From: an uncultured Gemmatimonadales bacterium
Lineage (GTDB): Bacteria > Gemmatimonadota > Gemmatimonadetes > Gemmatimonadales > GWC2-71-9
DNA: 64,000 nucleotides
NCBI GenBank assembly: GCA_963825055.1
Contig: CAWGSK010000007.1
Location: 128,001 to 192,000 of the forward strand
Direction of reading: 5' to 3'
Under the pieces are notes generated by a model, which was not told where the DNA came from, did not search any database, and was given only the letters and a program-made list of their open reading frames with translations. A program made the translations under genes and the position numbers. Each line of letters begins with the position of its first letter. Positions within the stretch are counted from its first letter, which is position 1. Shown one piece after another: positions 1 to 10,784 of this stretch.

Positions 1-13
1 CTACACGACCCGC

Positions 14-388
14 ATGGTGCCCGGCCTGGCGGAGCAGCGCTACCGGGGTGTCGACCCCGAGACCGTGACGGGCGCCATGCAGTTTCCCAAGCCCCTGGCC
101 GAAATGCTGACCAGCACGCATACGCACGTGCTGTCCATGGCGGCCATCTTCGCCTTCAGCGGTCTTGGGCTGGCGCTCTGCCCGACGCCGTCGGAACGGT
201 GGCGTCGGGTACTCATCGTGGAGCCTTTCGTGGCCATCATCGTAAGCTTCGTGGCGATCTGGCTCATGCGATACGTCGAACCGCGGGCCAGCCTCCTGCT
301 CTTTGCCTCGAGCGGTCTCATGGCCGTGACCTTCTACGCGCAGTCCGCCATCGTGCTCGTTCACCTGCACCGGGCCGACCGGGCATGA
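14..388 (+). CDS. Hypothetical multi-pass membrane protein, probably 5'-truncated by the window edge
   Basis: About three hydrophobic segments; frame open to window start; TGA overlaps next ATG (ATGA at 385-388). Confidence 0.7.
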   Translation: MVPGLAEQRYRGVDPETVTGAMQFPKPLAEMLTSTHTHVLSMAAIFAFSGLGLALCPTPSERWRRVLIVEPFVAIIVSFVAIWLMRYVEPRASLLLFASSGLMAVTFYAQSAIVLVHLHRADRA

Positions 389-1331
389 TGCACCGTCGCG
401 GATTCGTGTCATGTCTCGGGGCTGGTATTGCCGGTGCAACCCTCGGCCGCTGGCCGGGCGGCCCCCGGCCGCGCGGGCCGGCCGCCGGCGGGATGGTGCC
501 GGTCGAACGGTGGAGCTGGGCCATGGGCCAGCCTGTACGCATCGTCTGCTACGCGGCCTCCGAAGCGGCGGGGCTGGACGTGGCGCAGGTGGTCTTCAAC
601 GAATTGCGCGAGGTGGAGGCCCGGCTCACCCGGTTTGACGTATCAGGCGACCTGGCCGAACTGCACCACCACGCTGGAGGAAAGTTCATCCGGCCGCATC
701 CGGGGCTCAGCGAGGCGCTCGGGCTCGCCGAGGCGTTTCGTGCCAGAACAGCCGGTGACTTCGACGCTGCCATCGCACCGCTGCTGGCGGCGTGGGGATT
801 CTATGCTCCGCGCGGCACACCGCCGCGGGCGGCCGAGCTGGGTGAGGCGTGTGACGCGGTCCGCGCCGCCCGCATCGAATGGCGGGGGCCCCGGGTGCGG
901 CTGGCAACGGTGGAGGCCCGGCTCGATTTCGGCGGCCTGGGCGTGGGGATCGGACTGGATCGTGGCGCGGCACTGCTGGAGTCGCGTGGCATCCATCGCG
1001 CCATGCTCGACATGAGCGGGGACCTCCGGCTCTCGGCGCGCTACCGGGGGCGCGGGTATGGCGTGACGTGGTGGACTCCCGGCCCGGCCGGTTCGTCCGT
1101 ACGTTGCGGGTCAGGGATGCGGCCGTGGCCACATCAGCGAACACGGTGGAGGTGGTGCGATACGGGCGGGAAATCCGAGGCCACATCATGGCGGCGGGGG
1201 GAGCGCCGGCCACACTTGCCCAGGTCACCGTCGTTGCCGACTCCGCGACCGAGGCCGATGCGCTCTCCACCGCGATGCTGGTGCGCGGACGGGCGTGGCC
1301 CGGCGTCCGGCGGAGTGTGCGGCCGGGCTAG
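385..1331 (+). CDS. apbE: FAD:protein FMN transferase (ApbE family), split by a one-base frameshift near 1027-1031
   Basis: Motifs AMG, FDAAIAPLLAAWGF, LDFGG, DMSGD in one frame; AVATS, GHI, VTVVADSATEADALST in ORF 879..1331; adding one G at ctccggctc joins them; N-terminal RRGF twin-arginine motif. Confidence 0.8.
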
Positions 1332-1957
1332 GGGCGGGGAGCGGTGTCCCTGGCGGCGGCCTGGGCCCGCCCCTGCACTCGCGTGCGCTCCCGCTGGAGC
1401 TGGCTGATGCGCCCGAGCCATGCGTCCGAAATCCGGCCGGCGTAGGTCACCTGGAATCCCTCGAATACCGGTATCGGCTCCTCGAAGAGGAACAGGGCGA
1501 TCGCCCGCTCGCGGACACCCAGCTGGTAGGAATCGAAGCCTGTGGTGAAAGGGACGATCCCGAACGGCCGGTAGAGCTGGCTGCGGATATAGAGGTTGAC
1601 CTGCTGTGGATCGTACCTGGCCCCGGGGTTCTGCCCGAAGAATGACACCATCAGGATGCCGGGAGAACTCACGCCGCTGCGGGCGGCGGCCGAGTCGATC
1701 TGGCTCCGCCGGCTCTCGACCAGCTGGTGCAGGGAGGTGTACCCGTCGGGAGCGAGCAGGCGGAGCAGCTCTTCCTCCAGCGGGATGAAACGGATCTCGA
1801 GATCGTCCGTTCGCATGGTGATCGCGATCTGGTCCTGGTTCAGCGTACCGTAGCCGGCCGGCGGCATCGTCTCGCCGTTGCCCGGGGCCTGACCCCGCGC
1901 GCCGGGCGCGCAGGCGACGAGCGCCAGGAGCCCCAGCCATCCAGTCCGGAATGTCAT
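1328..1957 (-). CDS. Hypothetical exported protein / lipoprotein
   Basis: Signal peptide with lipobox-like LVAC; co-directional downstream of engB. Confidence 0.7.
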   Translation of the reverse strand: MTFRTGWLGLLALVACAPGARGQAPGNGETMPPAGYGTLNQDQIAITMRTDDLEIRFIPLEEELLRLLAPDGYTSLHQLVESRRSQIDSAAARSGVSSPGILMVSFFGQNPGARYDPQQVNLYIRSQLYRPFGIVPFTTGFDSYQLGVRERAIALFLFEEPIPVFEGFQVTYAGRISDAWLGRISQLQRERTRVQGRAQAAARDTAPRP

Positions 1958-1986
1958 GCGAATCTCCCTGTGAAGGGCCGCCGGAC

Positions 1987-2610
1987 TCAGGCGGCTTCGA
2001 GCAGGCCCAGGATACTGTCCCCGAGCTCGGGAATGCCGAGGCCGGTCGTACTGCTGGTGAGCTGGACCTGGTCGTCCGCGAGGGCGAGGGCCCGCACCAG
2101 CTCCTGGCGGCGTGAGGCACGGGCCCCATGCGGCAGCTTGTCCGCCTTCGTAATGGCCACGAGGACCGGCACGCCGCCGTCGGCCAGCAGCGCCAGCATG
2201 TCCCAGTCCTCCGGGGACGGCTCCCGCCGGATGTCCAGCAGCCAGACAATGCCCGCCAGGCTCGGGCGCCCCGAAATATACTTCCGGATGAGCGTGGACA
2301 GCCCGGCCCGCTCCACCTTGCCCGCCCGGGCATAGCCGTACCCCGGCAGGTCGACCAGGTACCAGTCGGGCAGCCGGAAAACGGTCATGTGGCGGGTCTT
2401 GCCGGGCGTACCGCTCACGTGCGCGAGCTTGCGACGGCCGACCAGCGCATTGAGAAGGCTGCTCTTGCCGACGTTGCTGCGCCCGATGAAGGCGATTTCA
2501 GGCAGGGTTGGGTCGAGCGGAGTGCGGGGGTCTGGCCAGCTGCCGACGAAAGTGACGTCGAAGGCCGCGAGCGGCGAGGCCCGCCGGCCCGGGGCGGGGG
2601 GCGGGGTCAG
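1987..2610 (-). CDS. engB: Ribosome biogenesis GTPase YihA/YsxC; start uncertain
   Basis: In-frame upstream of the called [21 protein letters not shown] (G1); then TPGKT, DLPGYG, TKADK; follows clpX. Confidence 0.9.
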   Translation of the reverse strand: MTPPPAPGRRASPLAAFDVTFVGSWPDPRTPLDPTLPEIAFIGRSNVGKSSLLNALVGRRKLAHVSGTPGKTRHMTVFRLPDWYLVDLPGYGYARAGKVERAGLSTLIRKYISGRPSLAGIVWLLDIRREPSPEDWDMLALLADGGVPVLVAITKADKLPHGARASRRQELVRALALADDQVQLTSSTTGLGIPELGDSILGLLEAA

Positions 2611-3850
2611 GCTTCCCGCTTGGTCCGGGCCCGCTCCGTCACGACGAGGGGCGGCTTGCCGTCGGTGATCGCTTCGGCGGTGATCACGACCTCACGGACA
2701 TCGTCCCGGGTGGGCAGGTCGAACATGATGTCGGTCATCACGGTCTCGAGGATGGCCCGGAGCCCGCGGGCGCCGGTGCCGCGCTTGATGGCGCGGTTGG
2801 CCACGGCACGCAGCGCCTCGCCATCGAAGGTGAGGCCGACGTCCTCCATCTCGAACAGCTTCTTGTACTGCTTGGTCAGCGCGTTGCGGGGCTCGAGGAG
2901 GATTTTCACCAGCGCGTCCTCGTCCAGGGCGTCGAGCGCCACCGCGACCGGCAGGCGTCCCACCAGTTCCGGGATCAGGCCGAACCGCAGCAGGTCGTCG
3001 GGCTCCACCGAGGCGAGGCTGTTGGTGGAGGCCGTGGCTCCCGGCGTCAGGCCGCGGCTCGCGAAGCCGATCTGCTGGCGGCCAAGGCGGGCCTCGATGA
3101 TCTTCTCCAGCCCGTCGAATGCACCGCCGCAGATGAACAGGATGTCCTTCGTGTCGATCTGGATGTATTCCTGCTGCGGGTGCTTCCGGCCGCCCTGGGG
3201 GGGACGGATGCCACGGTTCCCTCGAGGATCTTGAGCAGTGCCTGCTGTACACCCTCGCCCGAGACATCGCGGGTAATGCTCGGGTTCTCGGATTTCCGCG
3301 CGATCTTGTCGATTTCGTCGATGTAGACGATGCCGCGCTCGCACTCCGCGACGTTGAACTCCCCCGCCTGGAGCAGCCGGACGAGGATGTTCTCCACGTC
3401 CTCGCCCACGTACCCCGCCTCCGTCAGCGTGGTTGCGTCGGCAATGGTGAAGGGAACGTCGAGGATGCGGGCCAGGGTCTGCGCGAGGAGAGTCTTTCCC
3501 GTGCCGGTCGGGCCCAGCAGCAGGATGTTCGACTTGTCCAGTTCGACTTCACTCTCGCGGTTCCCACTGGCATTGATCCGCTTGTAATGATTGTAGACCG
3601 CCACTGACAGCGTCCGCTTGGCCCGCTCCTGCCCGATCACGTACTGGTCGAGGACGTCCTTGATCTCGGACGGGGTGGGGACCTGCGTAATCGCGTCGGT
3701 GACCTCCCGCTCTTCGTCCTCGGCCAGGATTTCGTTGCAGAGCGTGATGCACTCGTTGCAGATGTAGACCGAAGGCCCGGAAATGAATTTCCGGACCGAG
3801 TCCTTGGACTTGCCGCAGAAACTGCAGCGGAGATGTTTATCGGTCGACAT
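2607..3850 (-). CDS. clpX: ATP-dependent Clp protease ATPase ClpX; one-base frameshift in G run near 3197-3203
   Basis: CSFCGK zinc finger, [27 protein letters not shown], then PPQGGRKHP and IGF loop in the second frame. Confidence 0.95.
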
Positions 3851-3913
3851 GGCGTGGCCAGTTCCTTCTCAGGCGGTCATCTTCCCGAATTCTGCGCTCC
3901 CGGACCGGGAGCG

Positions 3914-4531
3914 TCAACCCTTCTCGGGGACGAGGTCGCGCCGGGGGGTGAACACACTGTCAATCAGCCCGTATGCCTGGGCCTCGTCGGCGCTCATGTA
4001 GCGGTCCCGGTCCATGTCCCGTTCGATGGTCTCGATGGGCTGGCCCGTGTGCAGCGCGTAGAGGTCGTTGATCTTGGAGCGGAGGTACAGAATCTCCCGC
4101 GCCTGGATTTCGACGTCCGATGCCGTGCCCTGCGCGCCACCCGACGGCTGGTGGATCATGATGCGGGCATGGGGCAGCGCGCTCCGCTTGCCGCTCGTGC
4201 CCGCCGCCAGAAGGAACGACCCCATCGAGGCGGCCATTCCCATGCAGATGGTGTTCACCGGCGCGCGGAGATGCTGCATCGTGTCGTAGATCGCCATCCC
4301 GCTCGAAACCACGCCGCCCGGGCTGTTGATGTAGAGATAGATGTCCTTCTCGGGGTTGTCCGCCTCGAGGAACAGCAACTGGGCGATGATGATGTTCGCC
4401 ACGTCGTCGTTCACGGGGGAGCCGAGGAAGACGATCCGGTCCATCAGCAGGCGCGAGAAAATGTCGTACGTCCGCTCGCCACGGCTGGACCGCTCGATGA
4501 TATACGGGGGATAGAGCGCAGACTGCGTCAC
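3914..4531 (-). CDS. clpP: Clp protease proteolytic subunit
   Basis: [28 protein letters not shown] motifs. Confidence 0.97.
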   Translation of the reverse strand: MTQSALYPPYIIERSSRGERTYDIFSRLLMDRIVFLGSPVNDDVANIIIAQLLFLEADNPEKDIYLYINSPGGVVSSGMAIYDTMQHLRAPVNTICMGMAASMGSFLLAAGTSGKRSALPHARIMIHQPSGGAQGTASDVEIQAREILYLRSKINDLYALHTGQPIETIERDMDRDRYMSADEAQAYGLIDSVFTPRRDLVPEKG

Positions 4532-5781
4532 GCTGACACCTCTTCAACGGTGGACTGTTCCGTCAGATAGCTGAATACCTTGTCTTCGGTTATCGCCCGC
4601 TCGAGCTCGGCGAGGCGATTGGACTTCTGCAGCGTCGCATAGACCTCGTTCACCGGGACCTTCCGCGCCTCCGCCAGGGCAGCCACCCGCTGGTCCACCT
4701 CGGCCTCCGTGGCGCGCAGGCCCTGCTGCTCGGCCACCGTCTCCAGGATCAGTTCCCGGCGCACCTGGGCTTCCGCCACCGGGCGGAACTCACCGGCAAA
4801 CTTCTCCTGTTGCCCGGGCGGAATTTCGTAGGCCTGGGCGTAACCCTGGATCACCCGCTCCACGAGCGAGGCCGGCGCGGGAACGTTGTTGGCCTCGGCG
4901 ACCTCCTGAACCAGCTGGTCACGCACCCGGGCGTCGGCCTCCCGCCCGGCATCACGCTCCAGGTCCTCGCGTACCGCCGCCCGGAGGGCCGCCAGGTCCT
5001 CGAAATCCCCGACCTCCCGCGCAAAACCATCGTCCAGGGCGGGCAGCTCCTGCCGCTTGATCTCCTGCAGCGTAACCTGGACCTTGCGGGTCTGGCCCCG
5101 GCGCGTCTCGTCCGGGTGGTCTTCCGGGAAACGTACCGAGGCGACGGACGTCTCGCCGGGCTGCATCGTGAGGATATGCTCCTCGAGGTCCGGCACGGTC
5201 TGTCCTTCGCCCAGCACCAGCGTATAGGGCCGCGTGTCGCCCGGCGCATCGTCCTCGAAGGTCGCGACCTCGACCCGGACCATCTGGCCCGGTACCGGCT
5301 TGCCCTCCGCCACGGGGAGCCAGCGACCCTTCTGTTCCTGCAGTGCCTGCAGGCGCTCCTCCACCTGGGGGTCCCCAACGACGGAAACCTGTCGTTTGAC
5401 CTGAAAGCCGCCAAGCCGCTCGAGCGTCACCTCGGGGCGGACTTCCACCACGAACTCGAACTCGATCGGGCCGCCCTCGTCGAACTTCACGTTGTGAACG
5501 TGGGGCTGGGCGATGGGCTTGAGGTTTTCGGAGGTCTGGACGGTTTCCCAGCTCTCGCGGATGACCTCCTCGAGTACGCTCTGGCGGATGGCGTCGGAGT
5601 AGCGGCGCCGGATCACGGTCTCCGGCGCCTTGCCGGGCCGGAAGCCGGGCAGGCGGGCCCGGCGCGCATAGAACCGGATGGCACGCCGCTCCGCCGCCTG
5701 CACCCGGTCGGCGGGAACGGTGACCTGCAGGGACGTCGAAGCGCTGTCCGCATCGCTACGGGCAATGGTGATGTCTGTCAT
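4528..5781 (-). CDS. tig: Trigger factor
   Basis: PGFRPGKAP ribosome-binding motif, FKBP-like FPEDH; tig-clpP-clpX synteny. Confidence 0.95.
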   Translation of the reverse strand: MTDITIARSDADSASTSLQVTVPADRVQAAERRAIRFYARRARLPGFRPGKAPETVIRRRYSDAIRQSVLEEVIRESWETVQTSENLKPIAQPHVHNVKFDEGGPIEFEFVVEVRPEVTLERLGGFQVKRQVSVVGDPQVEERLQALQEQKGRWLPVAEGKPVPGQMVRVEVATFEDDAPGDTRPYTLVLGEGQTVPDLEEHILTMQPGETSVASVRFPEDHPDETRRGQTRKVQVTLQEIKRQELPALDDGFAREVGDFEDLAALRAAVREDLERDAGREADARVRDQLVQEVAEANNVPAPASLVERVIQGYAQAYEIPPGQQEKFAGEFRPVAEAQVRRELILETVAEQQGLRATEAEVDQRVAALAEARKVPVNEVYATLQKSNRLAELERAITEDKVFSYLTEQSTVEEVSA

Positions 5782-5870
5782 CGGGGGAAATCTACCCGGG
5801 GCCCCCCGGGCGGCCAAGTTGGCGGGGTGAAAGCCTTCCCTTCATGGCCTGCCGCCGCTTGCTTTACGCC

Positions 5871-6242
5871 ATGGCACTCATCCTGGTCGTGGACGACGAA
5901 CCCTCCATGCGGCGAGTCTTGCGCAAAACCCTTGAGATGGGCGGCCTGGAGGTCCTGGAGGCGGGGTCGGCCGGGGAAGCCCTGGACCTGGCGGACCATG
6001 AACCCGGGGTGAGTGCCGTCGTCACGGATGTCCTGATGCCGGACATCAGCGGCGTGGATTTCTATGACCAGCTCATCGCCCGGGCGCCCCACCTGCGCGA
6101 GCGGGTGGTATTCCTGACGGGGGCCGCGCACGACCCGGCGGTCCATACGCCCATCGAACGCCGTGGCGTGCCCCTCATTTCCAAGCTGGACGACCTGCGC
6201 CTGGTGCTGGACGCCGTCCGGCTCGCCCTCCTGCACCGCTGA
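5871..6242 (+). CDS. Single-domain response regulator receiver
   Basis: ILVVDDE, TDVLMP (phospho-Asp), FLTG, conserved Lys. Confidence 0.85.
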   Translation: MALILVVDDEPSMRRVLRKTLEMGGLEVLEAGSAGEALDLADHEPGVSAVVTDVLMPDISGVDFYDQLIARAPHLRERVVFLTGAAHDPAVHTPIERRGVPLISKLDDLRLVLDAVRLALLHR

Positions 6243-6246
6243 CTCC

Positions 6247-6477
6247 CTACAGCCGGCTGGGCGGCGGCAGGTCGCGCGCCGTCGCCGGATCGCGAAATCC
6301 TACGGTATTGTGCGTGCCGTCGCAGAACGGGCGGTTCTTCGACGCGCCGCAGCGACAGAGCGCGATGCGGGTCCGGCTTCCGAGCCCGTAGGCCTTCCCC
6401 TCGGAGTCCAGGAGCTCAAAGTCGCCCTCAATACGGATGGCGCCGTTGGCATTGACGGTGATCTTGCAGGCGGGCAT
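6247..6477 (-). CDS. CDGSH iron-sulfur domain protein
   Basis: LCRCGASKNRPFCDGTH motif. Confidence 0.9.
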   Translation of the reverse strand: MPACKITVNANGAIRIEGDFELLDSEGKAYGLGSRTRIALCRCGASKNRPFCDGTHNTVGFRDPATARDLPPPSRL

Positions 6478-6504
6478 GGTGAGCCGGGGTGTGAGAACAG
6501 GAGA

Positions 6505-6585
6505 TGCGGACGGCGGGACTCGAACCCGCACGGGTTTCCCCACGAGCTCCTAAGGCTCGCGTGTCTGCCATTCCACCACGTCCGC
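6505..6585 (-). tRNA. tRNA-Leu(UAG)
   Basis: GCGGACG/CGTCCGC acceptor stem, anticodon loop CTTAGGA, long variable arm, GGTTCGAGTCC T arm; CCA not encoded. Confidence 0.95.
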
Positions 6586-6632
6586 CGGCGATCGGGACCA
6601 ATCTACTCCCGTTCGCGGCAGGGCGCAGCAGG

Positions 6633-7679
6633 TCAGTCCCCGTCCCGCCAGTGCTGCCAGGCCGCCACGGCCAGGCCCACGGCGCCCGCGCCGGCGATGA
6701 CAAGGGCCCCGCGGTGCCGGTCGATCCAGGCTTCACTGCTCCGCGGTCGCGCGCGCCCGTCGAACGTGCCGTGCGCACCGTGGTCCCCGGCCACGGGCGA
6801 CCAGAGATTGTCCTGCCGGTCCGGATCCTCCGGCTGGTCGGTCTGCTGGGACTCGTATCCGGTCCTGGCCAGGTATCGGTCGAGCAGCCCGGGCACGACC
6901 CGGTTGCCCCAGATGGTGGCGACGGTCGGCCAGCCCACCTTGAAGTCGCGACGCGGATGACGGGAGGCGAACTCGATGGCCCGCGCGGCCACCTCGGGCT
7001 GGAAGATCGGCGGCACAGGCTGGGCCTGGTTGGGGAGCCGGCTCAGCACCCACCCGAACTGCGGGGTATTGAGGGCGGGCAGGTGGACCATGGTCACCCG
7101 CACGCCGCTCCCGTCATGCAGGAGCTCGCAGCGGAGCGACTCCGTGAAGCCGACAATGGCGTGCTTGGAGCCGCAATAGGCGGACTGCAGGGGGATGCCG
7201 CGGTAGGCAAGCGCTGATCCCACCTGGACGATGACGCCGTCGTCGCGCGGGAGCATCCGGTTGAGCGCGCTCAGGGTTCCATTCACGACACCCAGGTAGG
7301 TCACTTCGGTGACCCGGCGGTACTCCTCCGCCTTCATCATGCGGACCGGCGAGAAGACCGAAGCCATGGCGTTGTTCACCCAGACGTCGATCGGGCCGAG
7401 TTCGACCTCCACTCGTTCCGCCGCGAGCTCGACCGCTTCGGCGTCCGAAATGTCCGTTGAGATGGCCAGGACCTCGCTCCCGGCGTCCCGGATCTCCTTC
7501 GCAGTGCCCGCGAGCCCGTCTTCCCCACGCGCGAGCAGTGCCACCCGGTCGCCCCGGCGCGCGAAGCGCCTCGCCGTTGCCCGTCCCACGCCCGCCGTCG
7601 CGCCCGTGATCACCACGGTCCTCGGCCGTTGTCCGATCATCGGATCACCGCCCGTCCCGTTCCCGTTGCCTTCGCCCAT
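6633..7679 (-). CDS. SDR family oxidoreductase with C-terminal hydrophobic tail
   Basis: TGATAGVG, NNA, YCGSK catalytic motif; AGGAGG RBS before 7679. Confidence 0.9.
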   Translation of the reverse strand: MGEGNGNGTGGDPMIGQRPRTVVITGATAGVGRATARRFARRGDRVALLARGEDGLAGTAKEIRDAGSEVLAISTDISDAEAVELAAERVEVELGPIDVWVNNAMASVFSPVRMMKAEEYRRVTEVTYLGVVNGTLSALNRMLPRDDGVIVQVGSALAYRGIPLQSAYCGSKHAIVGFTESLRCELLHDGSGVRVTMVHLPALNTPQFGWVLSRLPNQAQPVPPIFQPEVAARAIEFASRHPRRDFKVGWPTVATIWGNRVVPGLLDRYLARTGYESQQTDQPEDPDRQDNLWSPVAGDHGAHGTFDGRARPRSSEAWIDRHRGALVIAGAGAVGLAVAAWQHWRDGD

Positions 7680-7772
7680 CTCATCTTCCCTCCTGTGCGG
7701 GTACTCCCTCAATACCGCCCCGGAGGAGCGTGGCCCGCCATGATTGATGTCACAGGAGGGGGAAGAGCCGGA

Positions 7773-8708
7773 TCAGTACCAGCCGGCAGGGTCGACGAGG
7801 CCGGCCGGTTCAGCTCCCGACTCAAGAGCCCCAAGGGCCTCGAGAAAACTCTGCGCCGCGCCGGTGGCAGTGGAGAGGCCACCCACATGCGGGGAGATCA
7901 TGACGTCGGGCCGGCCCCAGAGCGGGGACGAGGGCGGCAACGGCTCGGTCTCGAATACATCGAGCGCGGCTCCCGCGAGGTGGCCACGGTCGAGGGCCTC
8001 GAGGAGGGCCTCCGCGTCTACGAGCGCTCCCCGTCCGACGTTGATGAGAAATGCCCCCCGGCAGGCTCGGAGGGCGTGGCGGTCGAGCAGGTGACGCGAT
8101 GCGGGGGTGAGCGGTACCGCGAGAACGATGACATCCGCCCCGGACAGCGCCTCGACGAGCCGTTCCGTGGGCGTGACGCTCAGAAATGGGGCCGTGGCCT
8201 GGCCGCGACGCGAAACCCCTCGCAGGTGCGCGCCCAGCCCGGCGAATCCCCCCGCGATGGCCTGGCCGATCCGGCCTGTCCCGACCACCAGGACGGTGCG
8301 GCCGAGGAGTCGAACCGGTTCCCGGGGCTTCCAGCGGCGGTCCGCCTGGTTCACGGCGTAGGGCAGGACATGCTGCATCCAGGCGAGGGCCCTCGCCAGG
8401 CAGTATTCCCTGAGGGGCGTGCCGAAGTCTTCGAGTGATCGTGTGAGGATGGTGCCCGCGGGTATCGGCCGGTCGAGGAAGGCATCCACCCCGGCCCCCA
8501 GGGAGTGGATCCACCGGACACTGCCATAGCTGCCCGGCGGAGGCCCGAAGCCCAGATAAGCGTCCGCCTGGTCGAGAGTGTCCGGCGTCAGGGTGGAACG
8601 GTCCCGCGCGCGCACCTCCAGTTCGGGGCGCGCGCGCCGCAGTTCTGCCGCGATTTCCTCCCGCAGGCGGTCCGTGACCAGGATCCGCCGGAACGGAGCG
8701 GGCGGCAT
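7773..8708 (-). CDS. D-2-hydroxyacid dehydrogenase family protein
   Basis: GTGRIG, INVGRG, LDVFETEPLP, SPHVG. Confidence 0.9.
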   Translation of the reverse strand: MPPAPFRRILVTDRLREEIAAELRRARPELEVRARDRSTLTPDTLDQADAYLGFGPPPGSYGSVRWIHSLGAGVDAFLDRPIPAGTILTRSLEDFGTPLREYCLARALAWMQHVLPYAVNQADRRWKPREPVRLLGRTVLVVGTGRIGQAIAGGFAGLGAHLRGVSRRGQATAPFLSVTPTERLVEALSGADVIVLAVPLTPASRHLLDRHALRACRGAFLINVGRGALVDAEALLEALDRGHLAGAALDVFETEPLPPSSPLWGRPDVMISPHVGGLSTATGAAQSFLEALGALESGAEPAGLVDPAGWY

Positions 8709-8723
8709 GCGTCCGCCCGCGGA

Positions 8724-10385
8724 CTACTGGGTGAGCCCGAGGACGTCGACGCCCTGCTCGAAGACCACGTCCACCGGGATGCCCTTCTCGCCGAGCCGGG
8801 CAAGATCAGCCGTGAGCTGGGGTCCCTGCTGCGCTTCCTTGTCCATGAAGGCCACCACGCCTTCGTAGTCGCCCTGGCCCTGCAGTGTCAGGATGCGCTC
8901 GGAGAGGGCGTTCATCGCGTCCTGCATCTTCCCGAAGTCCACGCGGTACTTGCTGGTGGTGCTGTCGCGGGTGAAGGCGCCGCGGTCACGGAAGAAGTTG
9001 AAGCGCGCGAGGTTGGCCCGTCCGTGCGAGTCACCCGCGCCGAATCGGATGGAGCGGAAGATGCTTGCCAGGAACGTGACGTAGTTGTCCTGGAGCTGCT
9101 GGTCGGTGAATTCCCCATCCCTGGCGAGCGCCGTGATCATGTAGAGCCCGAGGACGTCGGCCTTGCCCTCCTCCATCGTGCCGGCCTGCTCCTTGAGTGC
9201 CGTGCGGACAGTGCCCCGGTTGTTGATGGTGTTCTTGATCCCGAGCCCGTGGGCCACCTCGTGGAACATGGTGTTCGCGAAGAACGCGTCGAAGGTGACG
9301 TGGCTCCGCTGGTCCTCCGCAATCAGCTCGTCCGCGATGGGCACGAGTATCCGGTCGAACTTGGCCCGCATGGCGTTCTTCAGCTGAAGCCGGCGGGTGC
9401 CCTTCTGGAGCTGGACGGTTTCGTCGTTCGGCAGGTTGATGGCGATCGTCTTGGCACCGGCGTTGGCCTGCCCGGCGTAGTAGACCGCATCATAGGCGTT
9501 GAGGTCGGCATCGCTGCCCGGGGTTTCCCGCTTGTACTCCGCGGGCACCGGGAGCCCGCGCTGCAGGGCGGGCAGCAGCGAGGCATACCGGGCCAGGCGA
9601 CGGCTCCAGGCCTGGTCCTTGATCAGGACGTAGCCCTCATGGGCCGCCTTGTACCCGAAGAGGTTGTCCTCGTATGTCTCGATCGGGCCGATCACCACGT
9701 CGATGGTGTTGTCCTTCATGTCCATCCATGCGAGGTCGCTGGCGCGGTAGTCGTCGGTTTCCAGGGCGTTGGCCCGGAGCTCGAGATAGCGCCGCAGGCG
9801 GGCATTGTCCGCCAGCTTCGCCGCCTCCCGGAGTTTCGCGGCCGCCTCCGCCGTGCGCTCGGCGTACGCCTGATGATAGGGAATGGCGGTGAGCCGGCCG
9901 GTGGAATCCCGGCGAACCAGGGTGTAGAGGCTCCGGAGCGCGGCGGAGTCGGCCCCGGTGGCGGCAGAGTCGAACTCCGCCTTGCTCATGTCTGCCGGAT
10001 AGAAGTTCGCACCCTCGGGCTTCGGACCAACGCCGGGGACAAAGGGTGCGTCATTCCGGAGCCGGTCCCAGGGGCCGTAATTGATCCGGACGAACTGCTG
10101 CATGTCGGGGTCGGTCACCGCCGCGAGGAGGCTGTCGCGGTTGCCGTAGGCCTGGTGCCAGTACACGTCATCCATCGCCTTTACGGCATCGATCAGCACC
10201 GGGAGCAGCGCCCGCTGCGGGCCGGTGAGGGAATCGACGTCCGCGGTGAGGCGAACGGTGGTGTAGCGGGCCAGCTCGCTCTGCATGTCAGGTGAGGATG
10301 ACTCGGGTGATTCGCCGGTCCCGCCGCACCCGGCGGCCGCCAGGGCCAGCAGGCAGAGGGCGGCCGACGTCAGGGTCTGGCGCAT
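8724..10385 (-). CDS. Dipeptidyl peptidase III-like (M49) zinc hydrolase, lipoprotein
   Basis: Lipobox AAGC; INYGPWDRL, GPIETYED, AINLPND, HEVAH, EEGKAD. Confidence 0.85.
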   Translation of the reverse strand: MRQTLTSAALCLLALAAAGCGGTGESPESSSPDMQSELARYTTVRLTADVDSLTGPQRALLPVLIDAVKAMDDVYWHQAYGNRDSLLAAVTDPDMQQFVRINYGPWDRLRNDAPFVPGVGPKPEGANFYPADMSKAEFDSAATGADSAALRSLYTLVRRDSTGRLTAIPYHQAYAERTAEAAAKLREAAKLADNARLRRYLELRANALETDDYRASDLAWMDMKDNTIDVVIGPIETYEDNLFGYKAAHEGYVLIKDQAWSRRLARYASLLPALQRGLPVPAEYKRETPGSDADLNAYDAVYYAGQANAGAKTIAINLPNDETVQLQKGTRRLQLKNAMRAKFDRILVPIADELIAEDQRSHVTFDAFFANTMFHEVAHGLGIKNTINNRGTVRTALKEQAGTMEEGKADVLGLYMITALARDGEFTDQQLQDNYVTFLASIFRSIRFGAGDSHGRANLARFNFFRDRGAFTRDSTTSKYRVDFGKMQDAMNALSERILTLQGQGDYEGVVAFMDKEAQQGPQLTADLARLGEKGIPVDVVFEQGVDVLGLTQ

Positions 10386-10429
10386 GGTGTCTCCCGTAGT
10401 ACGGTATGCCGGGGCGGGCCGGCGGCAGG

Positions 10430-10693
10430 TCACTTCTGGGGCGGCCCCGGAGGGTCGTCGCCTTCGAACGCGTCACGGTTCTTCGCGATGTACCCGGTCC
10501 ACTCTGCCGGCACGGTATCGTCCGGGAAGATGGCGGTCACCGGGCACTCCGGCTCGCACGCGCCGCAGTCAATGCACTCATCCGGATGTATGTAGAGCTG
10601 GTCCTCACCTTCATAGATGCAGTCTACCGGACAGACATCCACGCAGGAGCGGTCCTTGACGCCGATGCACGGCTCGGTAATCACGTACGTCAT
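10430..10693 (-). CDS. Dicluster ferredoxin (FdxA-like)
   Basis: CVDVCPVDC and [12 protein letters not shown]. Confidence 0.93.
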   Translation of the reverse strand: MTYVITEPCIGVKDRSCVDVCPVDCIYEGEDQLYIHPDECIDCGACEPECPVTAIFPDDTVPAEWTGYIAKNRDAFEGDDPPGPPQK

Positions 10694-10784
10694 GCCCATC
10701 CTCCACGGTGTGCTGGTGCTCCACCCTGTCGAGTGGCGGGGATTCCTATCATAGAACCATCCGGCGGGTGAGGCCAGAGGCCGC

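Noticed and set aside
1021..1040. apbE frameshift as real inactivation
   Set aside because: One added G restores the reading frame and no other decay is visible; likely sequencing error
3190..3210. clpX frameshift as pseudogene or programmed frameshift
   Set aside because: Single missing base in a G/C homopolymer of an otherwise intact core gene; typical long-read error
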